Origin: Bugula neritina
Taxonomy: Eukaryota; Animalia; Bryozoa
Assembly (NCBI GenBank): GCA_964035545.1
Contig: CAXIUT010000235.1
Location: forward strand, 1-20,541
Direction of reading: 5' to 3'
DNA length: 20,541 bases
In this document: positions 1 through 10,132 of the stretch, piece by piece
Layout of the letters: each line of letters opens with the position of its first letter
How positions within the stretch are numbered: position 1 is the first letter of the stretch
Notes under the pieces: model-generated
The model's input: the letters and a program-made list of their open reading frames with translations, nothing else
Database searches by the model: none
Told to the model about the DNA's origin: nothing
Program-made: the position numbers and the translations under genes

Positions 1-99
1 CCCAACCCCAACCCCAACCCCAACCCCAACCCCAACCCCAACCCCAACCCCAACCCCAACCCCAACCCCAACCCCAACCCCAACCCCAACCCCAACCCC
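1..99. repeat. Left telomere, (CCCCAA)n
   Basis: About 16 perfect CCCCAA units at the sequence start; Tetrahymena-type C4A2 ciliate telomere repeat. Confidence 0.98.
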
Positions 100-150
100 T
101 GTTATTGTTATTTGAATAGTTAATAATTAATATATTATTTAACAATTCGA

Positions 151-1254
151 ATGATTTTCCAAAACCTTCTCTTCTTCTTTCTCTTTATCCAACTATCTCT
201 TTCTATATCTGAATAAAAACCTGAAGGCAGCTGGATTCTTGCTGCATAGCCAACGAAAAAGAACCCTTGGTGGTCTTAGAACATGTCAATGTCTGGAACA
301 AGATCATCTTGGTGGCTATATTAAAAATCCTTATAATAAAATATTCTCACTTTTAAACTCTACAATAAACAGCCATCAAGAAAATATGCATACATTTCTT
401 TCAAAATGAACTCAAGTCAATAATTCAGCACCTAATATTTCTAGTTAAAATCACCAGCTACTATCAAATGCTATGAAGGATCCCAACTAGTTAATTAGTG
501 GCATAACTAATCAATAAGTCTTATGATCAATAATAAAAAAGCGACAATCAGTGGATAAAATTTTTATTTCTGGATATCTTTAAATTAACCATCTTCAACA
601 AATTTTATCATCATCATGATTGTCTTTGGTATATTGATAGCTAAAAATTAAATCACCAGTGCAATTAGAGGACAATTTGCTACTCCTTAATTCATCGCTC
701 CAGGACTTTTACTCTACCTGACTATCTTTGAAAATGGTATATTGAATACCATCAAATAACTATCAAGTGAATCAACATGGTATTATGGATAATACATGCT
801 TTATTCTCTTACTTTTTATATATGGCTGCCTTATGCTCTTTCTATTTACTCGATCTTTTCAACTGCCATTCAAGGAGGTAAACTTTTCAGATATACCTTT
901 TCTGGATTTGCCACTCTCATGAGTATCTACTTCATCTTTGTTGAATTAAATCTAGTAGCTGCTTTAGTAATAATGGCCAATGAAGTTACTTTACACCTAT
1001 ATTAAGATACAAGAAATAAATCATCTCTTCCTCTCTTTCTCATGGAAGCCATAGATATCATAGTATTAATTTTTTTACTTCTAATAAGACCTTTGTTTGA
1101 AATTTAAGTATAATGTTGGAAAATCTAACTTTTTACAGTCATTTTTCTAACTCTTTTTCAACTATATTTTCACTATTAGTCAAGAAAAAAGGAAATATCT
1201 TCCAATATTAAGTAGAATAAAAAAGTATCAAAAAAGATACATAAAAAAGAATGA
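151..1254 (+). CDS. Hypothetical multi-pass membrane protein with signal peptide (367 aa)
   Basis: Uninterrupted ATG151-TGA1254 frame when TAA/TAG are sense. Hydrophobic N-terminus (MIFQNLLFFFLFIQLSLS), a soluble domain, about 5-6 hydrophobic segments (e.g. NFIIIMIVFGILIA, MLYSLTFYIWLPYALSIYSIF) and a Lys-rich tail. Family not recognised. Confidence 0.75.
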
Positions 1255-1326
1255 TTTCAAATATAATTTAATAACTATTTCAAATCTAATTTAATAACTT
1301 CAAATATTAATATAATTTACACAAGA

Positions 1327-2128
1327 TCAAATACTGATAAATAAATAGCAATATGATATCATTGCTATAATACAAGCTCCATGAAAATATAAATTTTCTA
1401 TTTATTGATATATTTTACCTTTTCTTATTGAAGGAGGACCCAAAAAGTTACAATAACAGTGCAAAACTATTGAAGGAATTACTGATAACCAAACAGAAAG
1501 AAAATAAAAACTATAAATTCCAAAAATAAAAGTAAATGTAATTTGACCAAGACTTCCCCTCCAATTCGGTTCTTTTCCCTTAATCCATTTTCTTATAGGT
1601 TTATGCAAATGACCTTAATAACTAAAATTATACTGATTGAAAAGATTATTGCTAAGATAAAAATTGATATTTAGTTAGATGCAGTTCTAAAGAAACTTGC
1701 CCGAAATAGTAATTATTCCATAAAAGGAGCCTAGAATAATAAATATCATACAAAAAATATATTTTTTAGGTTGTAGCGTGAGTAATCAGCCCTTGAAGTT
1801 AGAAATTTTTCATAAATATGAATTCCAAAAAGTAAAGAATTAGCAAGCAATACATGCATTATTTGCAACAAGTCAAAATTAAAGTAAAAACATTCCAAAA
1901 ATCCCATATTTCTCGATGAGCATTAATCTGTATAGTTATAAGCTAATATGATAGCTGTAAATACTGCACATACGATGATCCTCGTTGTTTGTTTAACTTG
2001 TTTACCTCTTTCCCGAGTAAAACTCAGTTCTTACTGATATGAGATGTACTGCGAATGCATTTTTAGATGTAAACTCCTAAAACAAAGAATGCAGCTTGAG
2101 CAATAAGCGATATTAACTAATGCAGCAT
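1327..2128 (-). CDS. RCE1: CAAX prenyl protease 2 (Rce1/Abi family glutamate intramembrane protease)
   Basis: Spliced product has KNIFFAPFME[TAA=E]LLFR (catalytic EExxFR), FSISHLH (FxxxH), QITFTFIFGIY and LHCYCNFLGPP (HxxCN). Introns at 2030-2049, 1731-1751, 1614-1633 and probably 1398-1418. Confidence 0.9.
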
Positions 2129-2220
2129 ATAGTTATTATTATGATATAGTTATTATTCAAGTCAAAAATGATAATTTAATGGTTTAATGGTTTAATTGTA
2201 TTTTCTTTTGTTTAAATTAA

Positions 2221-2375
2221 GGCGAGGGGTTACCCTCACTATCAGAAATTTTGCTGTTTCGGTCTCCCATAGCGAGAGACAATAAGGCCTCACTCGACAG
2301 ACTTGTGTGCAAATGTCCCGCTCCGCCCTAAGCGTCCACCCTGAATGATCAATGGAACACTCCAGCCAGGTAAGT
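2221..2375 (-). ncRNA. U1: U1 spliceosomal snRNA
   Basis: Minus strand begins ACUUACCUGG (5' splice-site pairing). It has helix H GCUG/CAGC, SL1 with loop GAUCAUUCAG (U1-70K site), SL2 loop AUUUGCAC (U1A site), SL3 GUCUCUC/GGGAGAC, Sm site AAUUUCUG and 3' SL4 GUGAGGG-UAAC-CCCUCGC. About 155 nt GC-rich island. Confidence 0.93.
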
Positions 2376-2436
2376 AAAATGACCCTTTTTCACCTGTTTT
2401 AATATAAACCGAATCAAAATTATCAAAGGGTTTTTA

Positions 2437-2943
2437 TCATCTTCTAAATATTTATGGCTCCTTTATAAGAGAGAAAGTGCCCCTTAAATCAACTTTTTCT
2501 CCCAATAAATTATCAATTTTATTACTCAGCCATAGTTATTCTCCTTATTTTTCTTAAAAGTATCTCCTTTCCTCATAAATTACAAAGAAATCTCCACCAT
2601 GATGATCATGTAGATTAACAACTTTTTAACCAGATACTTCTACAAATTGAAAAGCTGCTATATTAAAGAACATTGCTTGCTCTTTTTTTTATTATGTCTG
2701 CATGTTGGTGTGTTATAGATGAAAATTGATCAAGATGATGATATTTTCCTAATGTGAGAGTAATGGTAATAATTACATATAAAGTTATGAACAGATGGAA
2801 AAAGCAAGCTGAAGAGCTTACATAGGGTCCCGAAGGTATGTATAATCATCAAAACTCACCTTGGACGAACTCACCTAATAATAGAACTTAACAATTAATA
2901 CCTCAACTCAAATTCAAACTAAACTATTTCATCTTCCTTTCAT
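2437..2943 (-). CDS. Hypothetical protein, weakly BCP1/BCCIP-like; 5' end unresolved
   Basis: Open frame from about 2875 to TGA2437 (VSFDDYTYLRDPME...ICSELYMELL...IIILINF...EKKEQAMFFN...). An upstream acidic segment, EDEIVEFEFEL, recalls the Bcp1 N-terminus, but first-exon phase needs an indel or an atypical intron. Confidence 0.45.
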
Positions 2944-3058
2944 TTATTATCAAAAACTTATTTTTTTATTTGAAGCAAGAACTTTTTATGAATAAATCAT
3001 TCATTATAAGATTCTTTATTTAAATTATTTTTCATTACTTTTATTAATAATCCTCCCA

Positions 3059-4012
3059 ATGAATAAATCACACTTGGCTTTAGTCACTATCCTCGCTGCT
3101 GCTGTTCTCCTATACAACCTTTCTCCTGAACAGACACAACCTGGATCTCATGCCAAATACTTAGCCTATCTCCAATAATACAATAAACCTCTCCCACAAA
3201 ATGAATAATTCATTTATAGAGCAAATCTTTTCGCTCAGTATCTTATAAACATGGAAAAACATAACTCAGATTCTTCTCAATCATGGAAAATAGGAGTTAA
3301 CCAATTTTCTGACCTTACCAAAGAAGAATTTGTCGCAACATATCTCGGAGATCTGGGATAAAAAACACCTGTTTCCAGTGTTGAACAACCAATTAATGCA
3401 GGATTTATGTAAGACGTTGATTGGAGATAAAAAGGACTCATTACAGGAGTCAAAAATCAAGGAGCTTGTGGATCATGTTGGGCTTTTGCAGCCACTGCTG
3501 CTCATGAAAGCTACCAAATTCAATTGAAAAAAGCTGATTTAACTATTAACCTCTCTGAACAACAACTTGTTGATTGTTCAGGTGACTATGGAAACCATGG
3601 ATGCAATGGAGGACTTGCTTCTAGAGGTCTTGAATGGGTCAGAGAAAATGGACAAACCGTTCAATCTGCCTATCCATACAAAGCAGTCAATCAAGACTGC
3701 AGTATCAAGAGTGGATAGTATAAAATTGCTGGAGTAGCTACTATTACTGGTTGCGACGTCTTGGAATCAAAACTTAGACACAGACCAATGGCAGTCAGAG
3801 TCGATGCTACCAATTGGCATCTCTACAAGAGTGGAGTATTTAACAACTGTGATAAACATATCAACCACGGTGTTCTTATGGTCGGATCAAGTTAATAGGC
3901 CTGGACCATCAAGAACAGTTGGGGAGCTACTTGGGGATAAAGTGGATTTATTAGACTTGCCAAAGGAGATACCTGTGCTGTTTGTTTCGGACCTTCATTC
4001 CCTTTATTTTGA
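3059..4012 (+). CDS. Papain-family (C1A) cathepsin L-like cysteine protease, prepro form (317 aa)
   Basis: Signal peptide, I29 prodomain (GVNQFSDLTKEEF), VDWR, KNQGACGSCWAF (catalytic Cys), LSEQQLVDC, GCNGG, INHGV (His), KNSWGATWG[TAA=E]SGFIRL (Asn). Intronless. Confidence 0.96.
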
Positions 4013-4060
4013 TCCTTCATCATCAAATATATATTCAATAATATTCGATGAATACATAAA

Positions 4061-5237
4061 TCATCCATAGTTTCTGTGATGTTATCTATCATATGAACGA
4101 GATTTTCTCTCATGCTCTCTTTTATGTTTCTTATCTTTTCGATTATCTTTGTCCTTTTTATGCTTTTCTTTACTTCGACTTCTCTAATTTCTATCATTAT
4201 GATACCCTTTTTATCCATGATAATGGTCATGAGAACGATCTCTTTTCTTCTTTTAACGACTTCCATGTCTATCTTACTTATGTTTATGTTATTTCTTCTT
4301 TTTCTTCTATGGAGAATCCTTTGAAACTCTTTCTTTATGTTATTTATGTTATTTTTCTCTATCTCGATGCTATCTTTCTTTTTATCTCTCTTAAAGTTTT
4401 AAATTATTGACTGGCTTGATTTCAATTTGTTGTTGTGGGACTTCAACTGGTGGTTCGATAGACAGTTGATTTTTTTCTCTATTTTTATCAATTTTTTGTT
4501 GAACTATTTAGAGTTTAATTTTTAAAGTTTCTATTTATGTTCTAAGTTTTAGGAATCCTTGATGAATTTTACCATCAAGATGCATAGCGATTCTTTTTTA
4601 CGTATCGTTAATAGTTTGGATAGCCCCACAAACTTAACAAATTTTTTGGTGTTTAACAACAGCCAAGAGATTATCTCCCATTGCATCAACTTATTTTCGA
4701 TGCTCTCTCAATCTTTATACTTCTTCTAGACATCGAGCTGAATCATCGATTTGTCCATTTTACCCAAAAATAGCAGCTTGCTTCATCATTTCTTCAATAT
4801 CTTTATCGATAGACAATATTCTATCTAAGATTTGTCGAGGTCTTTAATTACTAAGACTAGATTTTCCATCAATAGTCGATTGATTCTTTTTTGTTTTTTG
4901 TTATACCTCTTGAAGTCGTCTCTAGATCCATGCTGTTTAAATTATCATTTACCAATGCATTCCTTAATATATACTTTCTAGTGTTAGTATCTACTAGGAT
5001 CATCATCAAACATATTTTTCAAATATGTATCATGCCTCTTATTGCAAGGACCCTCGTCATAGATAGTGTTAGGAAAAAGAGTATTGAAACAAAAACAAAT
5101 TAGAAATGGTTTACACACCTTTGTTATAATAAAATTACGTCAGAGTTCGAGTAGTGATCTCGTGCTTGAGTACTGTTAGAAGGAAGGTTACGATCTCTTC
5201 CCATTAATGTGTCCAAAAGACCTCGCGCCAGATCCAT
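4061..5237 (-). CDS. LUC7: LUC7-like U1 snRNP protein (two zinc fingers, charged R/E/K/S tail)
   Basis: MDLARGLLDTLMGRDRN; ZnF1 DVCKPFLICFC...GPCNKRHD; ZnF2 KIC[TAA=E]VCGA...MHLDGKIHQGF; R/K/E/H/S-rich tail. 20-nt introns at 5119-5138 and 4933-4952. Confidence 0.92.
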
Positions 5238-5269
5238 CTATTATAAATATTTAATTTAATATTTTTATA

Positions 5270-5460
5270 TCAAAGTCGCTCAAAGCTAATATCTTATCCT
5301 CCAAAATGAAGAAAGACATCTTTTTCTTTATAAATTATTTCAAAGTATTCAAATCGATCTTTCCAAAAGATACTTCTGCTCTTGAAACCCATTTGTAACA
5401 AATATTAGGCTCGTAGTATATGCTGTAGAAAATGTAAAAATCCTTATCCGTCCTAAAGAA
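5270..5460 (-). pseudogene. Decayed partial paralog of the Maf gene at 6243-6918
   Basis: EPNICYKWVSRAEVSFGKIDLNTLKEF aligns to EPQIRHEWVSRAEVTFGKVDLNTLKEF of the intact gene. Indels disrupt the H-S-G-G-Y region, and no N-terminal half or C-terminus is recognisable. Confidence 0.7.
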
Positions 5461-5612
5461 ATTTGAAATAATAATTAAATTTAAAATAGTTTACTGTGAA
5501 CAAAATAAATTCTAGGTCAAGCCAATCCAACGAAAGAATAAGTAATCGAAGGTATTGAAGATTGAAAGATTCGATAAACTATAATTTTACAATTAATAAA
5601 TAATAAATAATA

Positions 5613-6128
5613 ATGAGTCATTCTATTTAAATTGGGATGTTATTATGTTGTGCTTATGTTTAGGCAGCTTAGTATCGAGAAAACAAAGAATTATACTTTA
5701 AGATAAGACATAATTGGCAATTATAGATACAGGTTAGAAGGTTTAGAATGGCAAGTTAATATGCTTAGACATAGTAATAAAGATAAAAGTACAGAGAATT
5801 GAAGATTGAATTTAAATAGGAATTATTAAAAAGAGGTGTACTTGTAAGGTAAGAAAGACCAAAAATTAAATAAGTAAAAAATAAGGATAATAAGGATAAT
5901 AAGGATAATAAGGATAATAAGGATAGTAAGGATAATAAGGATAATAGGAAAAAAGGTTTTTTTTCAAACGTATGGGATTCCATTCAAAAGCAATTTAGAA
6001 AAACAGAATCTACAAAATCAGAATACGATGAGATTAAGACAGAAAAAGATGAGTTGATAAAAGTACTTTTGTCAGAAGAAAAAGAAGCCACAGTTGATAA
6101 TTAAGAGAAAGAAGATAGTGAGTTTTGA
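5613..6128 (+). CDS. Orphan charged protein with NKD repeats, copy 1 (171 aa)
   Basis: Open ATG-TGA frame MSHSIEIGMLLCC...(NKD)7 RKKGFFSNVWDSIQK.... The frame is supported by synonymous differences against copy 2 (TCT/TCA, TAA/TAG, TTA/TTG, TAG/TAA, TTA/CTA, AAG/AAA). Confidence 0.75.
5880..5948 (+). repeat. 9-bp coding tandem repeat (AATAAGGAT)x~7
   Basis: Directly visible; encodes Asn-Lys-Asp repeats. Confidence 0.9.
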
Positions 6129-6242
6129 TGACTGAATGATCTAAAATCAATAAATTTCGTTCTATTTTTCAATATCTTTATCCATATTTATCTATACTTA
6201 TAAATGATAAATTGGAAATAGATTGTTTTCATATCAGAACTG

Positions 6243-6918
6243 TCAGAACCATTCTAATTTCCTGCCTCCCTCGATTATTCTATCACAGATTCCATACACA
6301 TCTATCCCTTGAACAGCATGAAAAGACCCATTGATCGAGGTTATAAATGATCCACTCAGAGCTGATAGCTCATATCCTCCAGAATGAATATAAGGCTATT
6401 TTTCTTTAGAAAATTATTTCAGAGTATTCAAGTCAACTTTTCCAAAAGTTACTTCTGCTCTTGAGACCCACTCGTGACGAATTTGAGGCTCAGAGTTAAA
6501 GATAACTATGTTTGCTGTGTAAATTCTATGAGTATTTCCTGCTAGTTCAGACATCATTTGAATACAGTGCTCTTAGTTTTCCTAAATATCACTTTCCATA
6601 CTGGCTTTTAGATGATGACTCCCTTATGCTCAACTATTGTATCTCCACAAATGAGAATGTCCCATTCTACTTTTTATTGCTTAAAACGAGCAGTCAGCTC
6701 TTCTGCTTTTCCTTTACATGTTTCCTTTATTTGTTGACGATTACCATGTTATATTCGGATGGAGATGGAAAAGACATTTTGTCTAAATTTTCATCGAACT
6801 TGCTTGGAATTACTTTATACATCAACCTTTGAGTCTGCATCAACTCATTCCTGGATTTAGACTGCGAACCCAGCACAACTTTCTTCCCATTTAGCACCTT
6901 CAAGTATGGTAAAAGCAT
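6243..6918 (-). CDS. Maf/YhdE-family nucleoside triphosphate pyrophosphatase (ASMTL N-terminal type)
   Basis: KKVVLGSQSKSRNEL, VIPSKFDENLDK, ETCKGKA, ILICGDTIV, II[TAA=E]KP, LAGNTH, HSGGY, GSFHAVQG. 20-nt introns at 6725-6744 and 6582-6601. Confidence 0.92.
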
Positions 6919-6988
6919 TGATAAATCTTTGATAACTATAAATTATAATAATCAATCGAATCAAGAAAATTTCTTCTCACTGTTCTAT

Positions 6989-7064
6989 GGGGTTGGGGTT
7001 GGGGTTGGGGTTGGGGTTGGGGTTGGGGTTGGGGTTGGGGTTGGGGTTGGGGTTGGGGTTGGGT
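6989..7064. repeat. Internal telomeric tract (GGGGTT)x~12.5
   Basis: Perfect G-strand repeats in right-end orientation, followed directly by unique sequence; no inverted CCCCAA partner. Confidence 0.97.
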
Positions 7065-7526
7065 CATGAAAGATGTATTAAGAAAAGATTTGATTAAATA
7101 ATCTAAATAAATATGTTTAGAACGAATAGCATATATTGCTTTTCTGACATTTTATTTTATTTAGATAGTCATAAAGGTTAAAATTAATAAGAATAGGTTT
7201 TTTTGACGAGAAATTATTGTGTTTCAATTATTATGTTTTTCTAAAAAGACTGTTTCAACTAAAATTTACTTTCCTATTAAATTAGTTGAGGAAAATGTTG
7301 TCATTGCTTCTTTAGATTAAATGCTTGAAAAATTGATTGTAAAATAAAATAGTCTCTTATCTGTCCAAGTAAATTATATTTTATTTTTGTAAAAAACAAT
7401 ATCAAACAAGAAAAGGATTTCTTTATTGCTCAAATAACATTTTAGAAACAAATCAATTGAAAAATAAAAGTTTTTGTAAACTTTTTAGATTTAATTAAAA
7501 GATAAACTATAATTTAATAATTAATA

Positions 7527-8054
7527 ATGAACTTAAAGAGGAATCATTCATATTAGATTGGGATTTTGTTCAGTGGTGTTAGAGTTTAATCAGCTAAATA
7601 TCGAGCAAACAAAGAACTATACTTTAAAACGAACATACTTGGAAGATATAAATGCAGTTCAGATGGTTTAGAATGGCAAGTTAATATGCTTAGACATAGT
7701 AATAAAGATAAAAGTACAGAAAATTGAAGATTGAATTTCAATAGGAATTATTAAAAAGAGGTGTACTTGTAAGGTAAGAAAGACCAAAAATTAAATAAGT
7801 AAAAAATAAGGATAATATGGATAATAAGGATAATAAAGATAATAAGGATAGTCAAGGATAATAAAGATAATAGGAAAAAAGGTTTTTTTTCAAATGTATG
7901 GAATTCCATTCAAAAGAAATTTAGAAAGACAGAATCTAGATAATAAAATTAAACTAAGAATGAAGAAGGTGAATTAACATCAAAACTATTGAAGTAATAA
8001 GCTATAAATGATAATTGCAATTAAAAAAAATATATTGAGGAAATGATTGAATGA
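7527..8054 (+). CDS. Orphan NKD-repeat protein, copy 2 (two indels: read errors or pseudogene)
   Basis: Paralog of 5613-6128, nearly identical over about 7665-7940, with a -1 indel near 7630 and a +1 indel near 7853. Confidence 0.6.
7805..7873 (+). repeat. Degenerate 9-bp NKD coding repeat, copy 2
   Basis: AATAAGGAT/AATAAAGAT units. Confidence 0.85.
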
Positions 8055-8104
8055 TTAAAAATATTATTTGCATATTTATTAAAAGAAAGTTTTTCATTAT
8101 TTTC

Positions 8105-9948
8105 TCACCAAAATATTTTATCTTAATATTTTAACTTAATATGGAAATATATATCATCTTTTCGGTTGATAAATATGTTTTTCGAACAAAATTTATCTTC
8201 TAAACACTGAAAATACCATATTTATAGCTTTTAAAAGTTAAAATAATATGTTTCTTTACTATTTTATTTATTTAACTACTATATTTTCTTATATGAAATA
8301 AAAAATTGATTAATTAAATGAATTTAATCAAGAAAAGTTTTTATCATTATTCTTAAAGAAGATTTTTCTAAACGACTTAGAGACTGAACTCTATTTCCAA
8401 ATACATTTTTACGTTTAAGTACAAGTCCAAGTGAAACTAAAACCTCTCTTTCCTTTTCTCCAATATTTCTTGAATCAAGAACTCCAAAGCAGCCAATTGG
8501 TTTTTTCATAAGATCTGATATCAAATGGAAGCCTTTTGCATTTAAGACTATTACGTTAATTTCCTGCTTCTAACATTTGTTCTTTCGATGTTCTTATTCT
8601 GATAAATTATATTCCTTTTCCTAAAAAAGATCTACCACTACGTTATATACTAGTAATCTGATAAATTTATATGAACTTCTTTGGTACTTTGGTAATGAGT
8701 TGGAATTGAAAAACTTGTGATTGTCTACTGTCTTTTATTCTGTTTTGATTACCCAGTTATATCATAAGTAATACGCATTTACGTAATATGCTACTCAAAA
8801 ATATCTAAAAAGCAATGCACTTATTCGAAACTCTTTCTCTTAAGATAACTTCTCACAATCATCGAAACGAATAGCTCCAGAACGAATATTACTAGTTCCC
8901 TTCATCTATCTTCTACAATCTACTAATTGTGTCCATGTCTGATGAGCTTGATGTTAAGAAACCACCTATTTTTCACTTGATGCATTTTTCTATAAATATT
9001 TGACCCTCAATGTCAAAACACTCACCTATTTATGCTTTCGAGCCACTTTCTTATTTTAATTATATAATCAATTTTTATGATAATTTTAATTTACTCTTTA
9101 ATGTGTCTACTTCTCCTTTATAGTATTTTTATTGAACTTTCTTTGATTTTTATTAATTAGCTAATTGTTCTTTCAAACTTCTATTTTCTTGTTGTATGAG
9201 TTCATATGTTTATTTTGGTCCATGAGAAATATTTTAGAGAGTTTTAGGCATTAATTTTTGTTTATCTTCTAAATCATTCATCTTCTTTTGCTGAATAAAT
9301 ATACTTCTATCTTGAATATCATGTAATTTCCTCTGATCTTGAATTTTTTTCTTCAAATGTCCAATTTATTCACTCAACATATTTATTTTCTTCTGAGCCT
9401 CTTCTTCTTTTCTATAAATATCTTGATTCATTTATTTTTTTCCTATTTTCTAATGCAATTTCAAACTCTGATGAAGAGAATCTATCACTCTATCTTTCTC
9501 TCTAATCTAATTATGCAAATCTCCCACTTTCTGAGATTCATAAACCTTTATTTTAGCTTTTAAAGCCTATATCTATTTTTTAAGATGATTATTCTTCCTC
9601 ATTTAATTATCAAGTTCCTTCTTTATCACTTCTAAATCACATATAGATTACAATCTTTGATGGGATCTTATTTTTAATGTTTATTTTTGACTGCAACTTT
9701 ACTAATCAACTGATTCAAAGTTTAATTTAGTAATTTTAGTTATTCTTTAAGTTGATCGTTATTCTTTTTTTGTTTAGAATTATTTTTTGAACTAAATAGA
9801 ACAATTTTTACAGATCTTGAATTCTCGTTTGATACTTATATATAATTTTCTTAAGTCCATCGACATCATTATTACTTATATGTTCATTCATCTCAGATTA
9901 CTCAAAAGATATCTCCTACATAGAAGTACCCAAATCCATTTTCGACAT
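8105..9948 (-). CDS. Coiled-coil protein with probable C-terminal jacalin-like (beta-prism) domain; several frame breaks; possibly two genes
   Basis: K/E-rich heptad N-terminal half with 20-nt introns at 9792-9811 and 9632-9651. After three +1 corrections in T/A runs, the C-terminal part reads GAIRFDDC...FRISALLFRYFEEHITEMRITYD...INLSDYEYITEWEIFLGKGIEFIRIRTSKEQMLEAG...KPIGCFG...LVSLG. Confidence 0.5.
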
Positions 9949-10132
9949 TGTTATTAATTAATTAAGTTGTATTAATAACTTATCAGAAAAGAAAAAATAT
10001 TAAATATAACATATTATCATCCTTATTTGCAATATCTTTGACTAATTTTCTGTTAAAAATTAAAGAAATACAAGTTCATTTCATTTACCTGTCGAATATT
10101 CCGCTGAGATTTATTAAAATTAAAATAGCAAA

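Noticed and set aside
3330-4410. ORF-track entries 3330-3527, 3804-4070, 3892-4266, 4093-4410 and 4112-4324
   Set aside because: Off-frame or antisense shadows of cathepsin and the charged LUC7 tail.
5765-5983. Minus-strand LSLLSLLS ORF as a membrane or leucine-repeat protein
   Set aside because: Antisense of the NKD repeat; synonymous substitutions support the plus-strand frame.
5880-7873. 9-bp or telomeric repeats as a CRISPR array or transposon ends
   Set aside because: Perfect tandem units without spacers, eukaryotic context, and no cas, transposase or terminal inverted repeats seen.
8520-8900. Kinesin motor-like reading (VHCFLDIFEEHI)
   Set aside because: No P-loop, SSRSH or DLAGSE motifs; the jacalin-like pattern fits better.
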